NCBI GenBank assembly: GCA_964543735.1
Contig: CAZJAG010000003.1
Location: 1 to 51,432 of the forward strand
Length of the DNA stretch: 51,432 bases
Direction of reading: 5' to 3'
Origin: an uncultured Porphyrobacter sp.
GTDB taxonomy: Bacteria > Pseudomonadota > Alphaproteobacteria > Sphingomonadales > Sphingomonadaceae
Positions 8,026 through 16,536 of the stretch are shown piece after piece. The position numbers were made by a program, and so were the translations under genes. Numbering within the stretch: position 1 is the stretch's first letter; each line of letters starts with the position of its first letter. A model generated the notes under the pieces. The model had not been told where the DNA came from, searched no databases, and worked only from the letters and a program-made list of their open reading frames with translations.

Positions 8026-9017
8026 GTTACGCCATCCTTGGTAAACGGTCTTACAAGGTAGTCGCGAATGCCGTTAAGCGGGCGATAGCCGTCTATTCCG
8101 GTCGGATGGAAGACTTCATCCTTTGGCATATGCTGAGTGCCGAACATCCTGTCGTAAAAGGAGAAAAAGGAACAATAATTTCGTCCCCAATGCTCAATCG
8201 CACGCGAGTGATGGTAATGGTGGTAGATATTGTCGGCTAGGATGTGGCGCATGAACGGGGGAAACGACAAAGCCGGATTATCGCTGTGCATGTAGTAATT
8301 CGAGATCAGATAGAACGTGGAAAGCAACGCCACATACTGCTGCGGACTTTCGAAGATAAAAATCAGGGGGACCGTTATCAATGCTAGATACACAGCGTCT
8401 TGCGCCCAGTGAGAGTAGCTGCGGGCTGCATTCATATGCTCGATCTGATGGTGGATCGCATGCAGCCTCCATAGGATCGGCACTTCATGCAGCGCGCGGT
8501 GCAGCCAATATTCGAAAAAGCCAATCATAACCATGTAAGCGATAGGAAAAAGAACAAGGGCAGGTCCAAGGTCATCAGCACTAAACAATGGCTGTATGTC
8601 GAGCGGCTCCAACAAGGAAAATGCAATGATTTGCAGCGCCACTGCGATTCCAATTGCAATCACTCCGTAACTAAGCGCTTCGGAGTAACGCTCCTTAAAA
8701 TTTGCAAAACCCAATTGCCGCCATTCAAAAAAGGCGAACAAGGCCACCAACCCTGAAAACGATAGGACACCATTTGCGAGTGCTGAGCCAAGGCGCGCCC
8801 ATAGCAACGGCAAGTCAGCACTCAATATGGCCCAGCCAATCTCTTCTTGGACCCAGCCAACGCCGCGTAAAATTCCTTCGGCCAAGACAAGCAACAAGCC
8901 AAACAGAAGTACAAACCTCAGCGCTGAACGCGGTTCTGGAGCTTTGCCTTCTTGCCCGGTTTCTATTTGATGGCTTTTTGTTCTCACTTGAGCTTCGATT
9001 TCCCCGAGATATCCCAT
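8022..9017 (-). CDS. Fatty acid hydroxylase/sterol desaturase family membrane di-iron enzyme
   Basis: His boxes HRALH, HAIHH, YMHSD, HHYHH and NY..F.FYDRMFGT; the ORF 5' extension to 9098 lies inside an IS end, so the start is set at 9017. Confidence 0.88.
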   Translation of the reverse strand: MGYLGEIEAQVRTKSHQIETGQEGKAPEPRSALRFVLLFGLLLVLAEGILRGVGWVQEEIGWAILSADLPLLWARLGSALANGVLSFSGLVALFAFFEWRQLGFANFKERYSEALSYGVIAIGIAVALQIIAFSLLEPLDIQPLFSADDLGPALVLFPIAYMVMIGFFEYWLHRALHEVPILWRLHAIHHQIEHMNAARSYSHWAQDAVYLALITVPLIFIFESPQQYVALLSTFYLISNYYMHSDNPALSFPPFMRHILADNIYHHYHHSRAIEHWGRNYCSFFSFYDRMFGTQHMPKDEVFHPTGIDGYRPLNGIRDYLVRPFTKDGVT

Positions 9018-9067
9018 AGGAAATTCGCTGATCACTGCGCTAAGGTTACAGGCTTGGCTGAATGTCT

Positions 9068-9180
9068 TGTCCGTCGTCAGATAAATTGCGACACGCAAAG
9101 GTTTTGGCTTAGCCGGTGTTTGGTCTCATCTGGTTGATGTGTTTTTAGGCGGCTAGCTTGCGATGAAGCAAGCGCCGATG
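9068..9180 (-). mobile_element. Inverted 3' remnant of a related IS3/IS481-type element
   Basis: TGTCCGTCGTCAGA is the reverse complement of 670-683; the minus strand encodes HRRLLHRKLAA* versus HRRLQHRKLAA* at the end of the 78..608 ORF. Confidence 0.85.
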
Positions 9181-9276
9181 TCCTAGGCGGTCTACGGAGC
9201 GCTGATGTTTTCGTTTCTCGCACTCACCCGGCTTCCGCTCTCTTTGTGGGACAACAGATCGCCCCCCTAGAGGCAA

Positions 9277-9594
9277 TCACGATGCCCGTAGCTCTTCGCG
9301 CAGGAGCTTGCCCACTCTAAAAAGGTAGAGTGCGATGAAGGGGTAATGCATCCAACTTCCTGATAAGAAGAATATCACGGCAATGCTCGATGAGCAGCCC
9401 GCATATCTGTGGAGATTGCCTGTCCGATTTTGTGTAAAGCATAAGACAAGAGCAATTGCTAAGGTGACAAGAAAACAAAATAGAGCGAGAAAAACCAGGA
9501 GTCGGACAGGAGCAAGACAGCCGCAAAAAGCGCGGCTGAAAAAATGTTTGAAATGACGATCTTGCCTGAGAAGTTCAGCATAACGGGCACTCAA
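9277..9594 (-). CDS. Possible small membrane protein or gene remnant
   Basis: 105-aa ORF with two hydrophobic stretches; no recognised motif. Confidence 0.3.
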   Translation of the reverse strand: MSARYAELLRQDRHFKHFFSRAFCGCLAPVRLLVFLALFCFLVTLAIALVLCFTQNRTGNLHRYAGCSSSIAVIFFLSGSWMHYPFIALYLFRVGKLLREELRAS

Positions 9595-9849
9595 ACCTTG
9601 AGCAGCCTAATGCGACGACGGCTTCAGGGCAAATGTGGGGGCTGATGGGGTGGCCCCTCGCAATTCGTTCACGGCTTACGCGAGAAACGCTGCTGCAGGC
9701 GGAGGCCTTCACTCACTGCGAGTACTCTTGTCAAATCTTTGCAGATACTCTTTTTGGAAAGAATTGAAACATGAGAACTTTACCGGATACAGCCTTCCTC
9801 TAGGCTTCCAGCGTAGTGCTATCTCCTTCCTTGTAACAACGTTAGGCAT

Positions 9850-10305
9850 TTACTTCTTCCCTTGAAAGTTTGGTCCCAAGGCATTCTCAACCTCTTTTCC
9901 GCAGAGATTATTACCGTAGACCGAATACCCAGCTTGGTGCTCAAAGCTCCGAATGTAAGCGCGGCGCTGCAACAATTCCGCCAAGAGTAGCGAGCGCTCT
10001 TGCCCGACCGTCATGTGATAATCACGATCATGCTCTTCCAAGAAAATTGTCGAACCTTGATCGAGTGAGCGTCTGCAAAACTCATTCAAATGGAATGGTT
10101 TTGCGCAAATGGTTTGGTAGCATGACCTTGTGGATTGCTCGAACTCATCTAGCGCAATTTGCAAATTGGGTGGTTGTTGCCGTTCGATGAAAAAGTCGTC
10201 GATCTCATCAGAAAAACCAAAGGCCGCAAAAGCACCAAGAATGAAACCCAAGAGAGCTAGGAGGGCCGCCCGTTGATCGCTCACGGAATGCATTCTCACG
10301 GGCAC
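9850..10305 (-). CDS. Hypothetical protein with N-terminal TM/signal segment
   Basis: 151-aa ORF directly downstream of and co-oriented with the hlyD remnant. Confidence 0.55.
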   Translation of the reverse strand: MPVRMHSVSDQRAALLALLGFILGAFAAFGFSDEIDDFFIERQQPPNLQIALDEFEQSTRSCYQTICAKPFHLNEFCRRSLDQGSTIFLEEHDRDYHMTVGQERSLLLAELLQRRAYIRSFEHQAGYSVYGNNLCGKEVENALGPNFQGKK

Positions 10306-10342
10306 ACGAAACCGTTATCTCTGCAAGAAGTTAAAGTCGACA

Positions 10343-10456
10343 TCACCGCTCTCTCCCCGCTTCATCGAGCGCTTGGGCGATAGGCGAGAGCAGATATTGG
10401 ATAATCCGCCTCTTGCCGGTCTTTATTTCCGCCTGAATCGCCATCTCGGGTGCAAT
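10343..10456 (-). pseudogene. C-terminal remnant of a HlyD-family type I secretion adaptor
   Basis: IAPEMAIQAEIKTGKRRIIQYLLSPIAQALDEAGRER* matches the characteristic HlyD C-terminus; the rest of the gene is absent. Confidence 0.8.
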
Positions 10457-10535
10457 ACTCTCGCATAATTGTGACTTGTTCAAGATGCTCATAGAACGAT
10501 AGAGAAGCGCGCAATCGTCAGTTAGGGGGCAGGCA

Positions 10536-10988
10536 ATGGCCGGTTTGTGGTTTGAGGAATTTTCTGTCGGACAGACATTCGAGCATGAAGTGCGCCGCAC
10601 TGTGCTGGAAGCCGACAATATGTGGTTCTCCGCGATGACCTATAACCCCGCCCAGCTTCACATCGATCACGATTATGCAAGCGAGACCGAGTTCGGCAAG
10701 CCGCTGGTCAATTCGCTTTTCACGTTGGGGTTGGTGATTGGCCTGTCGGTGCAGGATACGACTTTGGGAACAACGGTGGGCAATCTCGGGATGAGCGAGA
10801 CGAAATTTCCCAAGCCCGTGTTCGCAGGGGACACAATCCGCGCGCAGACCAAAGTGCTCGACCTGCGGGAAAGCCGGTCGCGGCCCACGCAAGGGATCGT
10901 CAGCTTTGAACATATCGGGCTGAACCAGCGCGATGAGATTGTCTGCACGACGCAGCGCGGCGCATTGATGATGAAACGGCCCAGCTAG
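10536..10988 (+). CDS. MaoC family dehydratase
   Basis: GLWFEEFSVGQ, NPAQLHID, FPKPVFAGDT. Confidence 0.92.
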   Translation: MAGLWFEEFSVGQTFEHEVRRTVLEADNMWFSAMTYNPAQLHIDHDYASETEFGKPLVNSLFTLGLVIGLSVQDTTLGTTVGNLGMSETKFPKPVFAGDTIRAQTKVLDLRESRSRPTQGIVSFEHIGLNQRDEIVCTTQRGALMMKRPS

Positions 10989-10992
10989 GCCT

Positions 10993-12462
10993 TTATATTT
11001 CCTCGTCCAGCGCGGCGGGATTGAGCCAGCGGTCAAGCGCCTCGATCAGATCGCGCTGCTCGACCGGCTTGGTGAGATGTTGCTGCATTCCCACGGCAAA
11101 GCACTCCTCCACTTCCGAGGCATAGGCGCTTCCCGTTAGCGCGATGATCGGCAGGCGCACTCCGTCATATCCGGCAGCGCGCAATTGGCGGGTGGCTTCC
11201 AGCCCGTCGGTATTGGGCATGTTGACGTCCATCAATACCAGATCGAAGGGCTCGCCAGCGTCTTGTGCCTGCTCGATCATCTCAACCGCCTTGTCGCCAT
11301 CATCGGCAATCGCAACATGCAATCCGAACGAGCCCAACAGCTCTTGCATCAGGATCTGGTTCACATCGCTGTCTTCGGCCACCAGAACGCGGCCCGTGCG
11401 CGCAGCAAACCGCTCGATCCGGGCAGGTGGCTCAGGCGCAGCGGCAGGAGAAGTCTTCGCCCGGCGCACTTCGGGCTTGACCAGCGGGATACGCAAGCAG
11501 ACTTTCGTGCCCTTGCCCATTGTGCTTTCCAAGGACATGCAGCCCCCCATCAATTCGGCCAGCCGCCTGCTGATCGGCAGACCCAGGCCCGAGCCGCCAT
11601 GGGCGCGGCTGCTCGATCCGTCGACCTGCACAAATTGTTCGAACACGGCATTGTGCTGCTCGCTTGGGATACCGATGCCCGTGTCGATCACGCAAAACTC
11701 GACCGCAGGCCCGCCGCAGCAATGGCTGCGCGACACCTTGAGGATGATCGAGCCTTCATTGGTGAACTTCACAGCATTGCCCAAGAGGTTGGAAAGCACC
11801 TGCTTCACGCGCAGCCCGTCGAGCATCAGCTCGTCTGGCAGGTCGGCAGCAATCTCGTGGTTCAGCACCAACCCCTTGCGGCGCGCGCTGACCTTCATCA
11901 GGCTGCTGGCACTGATCACCAGATCGCGCAGCCGCGTGCGTTCGACGCTCATCTCCATCTTGCCCGATTCAATCTTGGCAAGGTCGAGAATGTCATTGAG
12001 CAAAGCGACCATCGAAGTGCCCGATTCCATGATCAATTCGGTGTAGCGGCGCTGCTCGTTGTCAAGCTGGGTCGACTGGAGCAATTGCGCAAAGCCGATC
12101 ACTCCGTTCATGGGGGTGCGAATCTCGTGGCTCAAATTCGCCAGAAGGCTGGACTTGGCAGCCGCGCTGGCATCGGCTTCCTTGCGCGCTTCATGGGCTT
12201 CGCGTTCAGCCTGTCGGGCTTCTTTCAACTTGGCCAGATCGGTGCGGTGCTCGCCCGCGATTTGTTTGCTGAGGCGGTCATCACGCAGCGCCAGCCAGCC
12301 CAGCAGCAGCAATGGCACGAGCAATTGTATCTCCTCTGGACTGCTGATCGAGAGATTGGAGAAATCTATTTGCACAAACGCCGAAAGCGCCAGCAAAAGC
12401 GCCAGCGCTGCCGCATATTTCGAAGGAACAAGCCGCCGTGTCGGAGGTCGCGCCGAGCTCAT
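10993..12462 (-). CDS. Hybrid sensor histidine kinase/response regulator
   Basis: SHEIRTPMNG H-box, NLLGNAVKFT, DTGIG, GSGLGL, receiver VAEDS..LMDVNMP..KP; two short TMs; start overlaps the fliS stop. Confidence 0.93.
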   Translation of the reverse strand: MSSARPPTRRLVPSKYAAALALLLALSAFVQIDFSNLSISSPEEIQLLVPLLLLGWLALRDDRLSKQIAGEHRTDLAKLKEARQAEREAHEARKEADASAAAKSSLLANLSHEIRTPMNGVIGFAQLLQSTQLDNEQRRYTELIMESGTSMVALLNDILDLAKIESGKMEMSVERTRLRDLVISASSLMKVSARRKGLVLNHEIAADLPDELMLDGLRVKQVLSNLLGNAVKFTNEGSIILKVSRSHCCGGPAVEFCVIDTGIGIPSEQHNAVFEQFVQVDGSSSRAHGGSGLGLPISRRLAELMGGCMSLESTMGKGTKVCLRIPLVKPEVRRAKTSPAAAPEPPARIERFAARTGRVLVAEDSDVNQILMQELLGSFGLHVAIADDGDKAVEMIEQAQDAGEPFDLVLMDVNMPNTDGLEATRQLRAAGYDGVRLPIIALTGSAYASEVEECFAVGMQQHLTKPVEQRDLIEALDRWLNPAALDEEI

Positions 12463-12866
12463 TATGGCACGCTCTCTTTGCGGGTCTTGGTGTCTGGATC
12501 AGGAACCAAGACCCCTGCGACATCGGCCAGATCATCACGCACCGCCAAGATATCCTCGCCCGACCCCGTTCGGGTGAGCTGGCGCAGCCGCAAGGATATC
12601 GAGGCATAGAAATCAGCCAGCGTCGATGCCATTGGTGCCTCTGCATCAACCGATGATTGCAATCCGGCAAGGATCGCCAGCGCGCGCGAGATTGCCTGCG
12701 ATGCGCTCAAACGGTCATTGCGCGAGCGCGCCAGTGCCGCTGTGCCCAGAGCAAGGCACAGGGCATCAAAGCAGATGCGCGTCAGATCGCTGCCTTGCGA
12801 GCCTTCGATGCGGGCTTGCAGATCGATCCGCGAATAGGTTTCAAAGGCGTTGAGGGGCGCGCGCAT
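12462..12866 (-). CDS. fliS: Flagellin export chaperone FliS
   Basis: Follows fliD; helical 134 aa with L..LQSSVD and LADFY. Confidence 0.8.
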   Translation of the reverse strand: MRAPLNAFETYSRIDLQARIEGSQGSDLTRICFDALCLALGTAALARSRNDRLSASQAISRALAILAGLQSSVDAEAPMASTLADFYASISLRLRQLTRTGSGEDILAVRDDLADVAGVLVPDPDTKTRKESVP

Positions 12867-12874
12867 GATCTGTC

Positions 12875-14308
12875 CTAATTATCCTGCGAGAACAGCGCGA
12901 TTTGCTGCTGGATGAAGCTGAGGGTGGATTGCGAAGCGGAGATATTCTGATCAGCGGCGGTGAAGCTGCGAGACAATCTTGCGCGAAGATTTTCCTGTTG
13001 CTCGGCGATCTTTTCCAGCTTTTCGTCATTGCGCTCGATCTGTGCCTCGTAGCGCGTGATCGAACCGCCCAATGACGCCGGATCACCCGTAGCCGTCGTA
13101 TCGCGAACCAGATTGTCAATCGTCGAGAACACGCCAAAGACACCGGTTGTGAACATGGCGGCGGCCTGATCGGGCGAATTTGCCAGCGTGTCGGACAACC
13201 GGTCATTATCAAGACCGAATGAGCCATCGCGATTGATAGTCAGGCCCAAATCAGCCAGCGTGCGCGGCTCACCTTCACTAGCTGTGGGCGCGACGACTTC
13301 GCTGGTCAGACCCGACAAGGCTCTCTTCAAAGCCCGCGCACCCGGATCATTGCCCAGCACTCCGCCCAGCGGTGCAGCCAGATCGCGCACTTCGCCGGTT
13401 ATGTCATTGAGGGCTGCGACCAGATCGTTCATCACATTGGAAATCGCACCGATATTGCTTGGAAATTCCAGCGTTGCAGGCGCGCCGACATTGGTCGCCT
13501 TCAGATCGAAAATCATGCCCTCGGGCAAATCGGTGATCGTGTTGCTTTCGCTGCGCTGCTCAATCGTATCGAGCGAGAACACCGCATCCTGCGCGCTTTG
13601 GCGCAGCTGGCCTGCATCGCTTGATGGTTGCCAGGAAAGATAGCTCAGGTCGCCTGGCTGGCTAAGCGGCAATAGGGCAGAGCTTTCCCCCTCGATAGTA
13701 AAGCCGTTCTGGTCACCTGTCTCTCCCTTGATCACCAATTGCGCTCCGTTTTCGCCATTGGCGACATAGGCTGTGATCTCGCCTGAGCCGCTTGCATTTA
13801 TCTTGCCAGCCAGTGTTAACAGCGTGTCGTCTTCGGTAACTGCGATTTCGAGCGGGTTGGCGGTTGTGTCTTCGGTAAAGCCAGCGCCGGCAACTTCGCC
13901 AAAGCGAATGCGCAATGTGCCCTCGCCCACCAGATCATCACCGCTGGTGTAGCTATCAAGCGCTAGCAGCTGGTTCTGGGCTAACTGGCTCACTTCAAGC
14001 GAATAGCTCCCCGATGGACTGAACCCGCTGGTAACCGAAACGTCCGCAATCGAGTTATCGCTAAGCTGCGCAGCAGGAGCAAGATCACCATTGCGGATAC
14101 GATCGCCCAAAGCGCTCGAGAGACCAAGCAGCTGGCTGCGCAATTGCGAGACGCCGGAAATGCGCGTCTCCAGCGTTTCATTGCGGCTTTCCAATTGTTC
14201 GCGGCGAAAGCCGAAACGCGCTTCTGCCAGATCGGTCGCGAGCTGCGCCATATTGATGCCGCTGCCCGCGCCCAGCCGCGTGACAATTGAGGAAGTGGTC
14301 TCATCCAT
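12875..14308 (-). CDS. fliD: Flagellar filament cap FliD
   Basis: LGAGSGIN, YSLEVSQLAQ, AQDA..SESNTI, C-terminal coiled coil. Confidence 0.93.
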   Translation of the reverse strand: MDETTSSIVTRLGAGSGINMAQLATDLAEARFGFRREQLESRNETLETRISGVSQLRSQLLGLSSALGDRIRNGDLAPAAQLSDNSIADVSVTSGFSPSGSYSLEVSQLAQNQLLALDSYTSGDDLVGEGTLRIRFGEVAGAGFTEDTTANPLEIAVTEDDTLLTLAGKINASGSGEITAYVANGENGAQLVIKGETGDQNGFTIEGESSALLPLSQPGDLSYLSWQPSSDAGQLRQSAQDAVFSLDTIEQRSESNTITDLPEGMIFDLKATNVGAPATLEFPSNIGAISNVMNDLVAALNDITGEVRDLAAPLGGVLGNDPGARALKRALSGLTSEVVAPTASEGEPRTLADLGLTINRDGSFGLDNDRLSDTLANSPDQAAAMFTTGVFGVFSTIDNLVRDTTATGDPASLGGSITRYEAQIERNDEKLEKIAEQQENLRARLSRSFTAADQNISASQSTLSFIQQQIALFSQDN

Positions 14309-14315
14309 ACCGCTT

Positions 14316-14341
14316 AGAACGGCTCGGCCAGAGGCGCTTTA
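14316..14341 (-). promoter_or_regulatory. Putative FliA (sigma28) promoter of fliD-fliS-HK
   Basis: TAAA-N14-GCCGTTCT, the same architecture as upstream of flgM. Confidence 0.7.
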
Positions 14342-15472
14342 AGCCGCAATCAGCTTTCCTTGTGCATCAAACCGCAATTCGAGCGGGACGTCGACCTTGG
14401 GCGGCACAGGATGCTCGCCGCGCTTCAGCGAAAAGACGAAGGAAACCAAAGCTGCAATCGCGACATAGAGCTCCTCGCGGATCATCTGATCGGTGCGGGT
14501 GGTGAAATAGACCGAGCGGGCAAGCGCCGGATATTCCAGCACCGGCACATCATTCTCACGCGCAAGATCGCGCATTGCCAGCGCTTGTGCATCGCGGCCT
14601 TTGGCGAGCACAACGGGCGCTGCGGCAAGCTGCGGGTCATACGTCAATGCGACAGAGAAATGGCTGGGATTGGTCAGCAGAAACTGCGCTTCCTGCATCG
14701 CCTTTGCCACCCCGCCGCGCGCCATGTCACGCTGGCGCTGCTTTCGGGCCGCACGCATTTCAGGCGAACCTTCTGTTTGCTTGGTCTCGTCGCGCACTTC
14801 CTGATGCGTCATCTTGAGCCGGCCCATCCGCTGCATCAGCTGGATCGGCCAGTCGATCATCGCAATCACCACTAGGCCAAGGCACAAGAGACCAATCAGG
14901 ACAATCGCCGCTTCCCATGCTGCGGTGAGCTGACCTTGCAGTGTTCCCTTGCCCAGCCCCAAGATCAGCGGCGCATTGGCGCGCGCCCAATACAGCGCAA
15001 TGCCCGCGAGCAAAATCAGCTTGAGCACGCCTTTGAACAGCTCGATCATGCCCTGCTTGCCGAACATGCGTTTAAGGCCTGAGAGCGGATTGATGCGAGA
15101 GCCCTTGGGCTTGATATTGGACGGCACAAAGCGCCCGTCATCGCTCAGCAATTGCGCGATGCTGGTCATGGCAATCACGGTCACACCCAGAAACAGGATC
15201 GGCGGCAAAAGCGCTTCCAAGGCAGTGGTAAACATCACGCCGGGCGCAAAGTTTTCAAATTCGCCGCGATCAAAGCGGAAGGCACTGCGCGCAATCTCCT
15301 GTACATTGCCCAGCAGCCACGGCCCGCCTGCCATCAGCCATGCAGCACCCGTGATCGTCGCGACGGCTGTCGCCAGCTCTTTCGAGCGCAGCACATCGCC
15401 CTTTTTCGCTGCATCCTTCTTGCGCTTGGGAGTTGGATCAAAACTCTTCTCGCCTGCCGGTTGCTCGCTCAT
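14339..15472 (-). CDS. flhB: Flagellar export switch FlhB
   Basis: EKSFDPTPKR, RINPLSGLKRMF, EGSP, NPSH cleavage motif. Confidence 0.95.
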   Translation of the reverse strand: MSEQPAGEKSFDPTPKRKKDAAKKGDVLRSKELATAVATITGAAWLMAGGPWLLGNVQEIARSAFRFDRGEFENFAPGVMFTTALEALLPPILFLGVTVIAMTSIAQLLSDDGRFVPSNIKPKGSRINPLSGLKRMFGKQGMIELFKGVLKLILLAGIALYWARANAPLILGLGKGTLQGQLTAAWEAAIVLIGLLCLGLVVIAMIDWPIQLMQRMGRLKMTHQEVRDETKQTEGSPEMRAARKQRQRDMARGGVAKAMQEAQFLLTNPSHFSVALTYDPQLAAAPVVLAKGRDAQALAMRDLARENDVPVLEYPALARSVYFTTRTDQMIREELYVAIAALVSFVFSLKRGEHPVPPKVDVPLELRFDAQGKLIAA

Positions 15473-16251
15473 CGCGTCACCAGTTCAGCGGCCCAGCCAA
15501 GCATCATCTCGGTCAGGTTTTCAAATTGCTCGAAGATGATCGGCATAGTGATGATGATCGCGGCAAGACCAGCCAGCAATCCTGCAGGCAAGCCAAGCGC
15601 GAAGAGATTGAGCGAGGGGGCAGAGCGGCTGATGATCCCTGTCACCAATTGCACCAACAGCAGCACCAGCACGATGGGCAAGGCAATCGCAGCAGCAGTG
15701 GCAAAAGCCAATCCGGCAAAGCGGCCCATTGCCTCGCCCTGCGCTGCGCCAAAGCCAGCCTCGCCCGCAGGGAACAATCGGTAGCTTTCAATGATCAGCT
15801 CGAACCACAGCAAATGCGCGCCCAAAGTCAGAAACAGCAATGCCAACAAAAAGCTGAACAGCTGGCCAATCGCGCCTGATTGCGAACCGCTATTGGGGTC
15901 AATCGAGGTTGCAATCGCGAGGCCCATTGTGCCGGAAATTTGCTCGGCAGCGATATAGGGCACAGCAAAGCCCACTTGCAGGACAAAGCCCAATGCCAGC
16001 CCGATGACCGCCTCTTGCATCACTGCGAAAACCGCATCCATGCTCAAAGGGTCAGGCGGCGCAGGCAGCGGAACCCAGCTGACAATGAACAGGCCAATCG
16101 CCATGCTAAGGACAATGCGCAATTGCATTGGCACGCTGACCCCGCCGAACAAGGGCGCAGCCATCATCGCGGCCCCTACCCGTATGGAAAGGAACAGCAG
16201 CATCCACAGCTGGTCGAAGGTCTGCGCTAGCTCAAGGTCATCGAAGATCAT
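15469..16251 (-). CDS. fliR: FliR
   Basis: Polytopic; RSAPSLNLFALG; position in operon. Confidence 0.93.
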   Translation of the reverse strand: MIFDDLELAQTFDQLWMLLFLSIRVGAAMMAAPLFGGVSVPMQLRIVLSMAIGLFIVSWVPLPAPPDPLSMDAVFAVMQEAVIGLALGFVLQVGFAVPYIAAEQISGTMGLAIATSIDPNSGSQSGAIGQLFSFLLALLFLTLGAHLLWFELIIESYRLFPAGEAGFGAAQGEAMGRFAGLAFATAAAIALPIVLVLLLVQLVTGIISRSAPSLNLFALGLPAGLLAGLAAIIITMPIIFEQFENLTEMMLGWAAELVTR

Positions 16252-16520
16252 GCGGTGACGGTGGCAATTTGCGCCAAAATCTCGCGCGTGAAATCGGACA
16301 GCAGGCCCAGCATCGCGCCGCCCATCACCACCATCACCCCTGCGACAATCGCCAGCTTTGGCACGAAGGTGAGCGTTTGCTCATTGATCGAAGTCGCCGC
16401 TTGGACAATGCCCACTGCCAGACCAATCGCCAGCGCGGCAATCAGCACCGGCCCTGCGATCAAAGCTGCAACCCAAATCGTCTGTTCGGCCAGTGCCAGA
16501 AGCGAGTTCTCGTCATTCAT
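16248..16520 (-). CDS. fliQ: FliQ
   Basis: QAATSINEQTLTFVPKL. Confidence 0.95.
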   Translation of the reverse strand: MNDENSLLALAEQTIWVAALIAGPVLIAALAIGLAVGIVQAATSINEQTLTFVPKLAIVAGVMVVMGGAMLGLLSDFTREILAQIATVTA

Positions 16521-16536
16521 TGTCCGCGCCTTTCGC

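Noticed and set aside
9183-9270. Second MITE bounded by CTAG
   Set aside because: The terminal repeats are too short and imperfect to call; noted only as a breakpoint.
10457-10618. 91-aa ORF 10343..10618 as an intact gene
   Set aside because: Its 5' half is antisense maoC and intergenic sequence; only the last ~37 codons are HlyD-like.
12465-12481. sigma54-like TGGCAC..TTGC on the plus strand
   Set aside because: Wrong spacing between the -24 and -12 boxes, and no downstream plus-strand gene.
11144-12609. Long plus-strand ORFs (300 and 474 aa) and similar antisense ORFs across the flagellar cluster
   Set aside because: Shadow frames of well-supported opposite-strand genes in GC-rich DNA.
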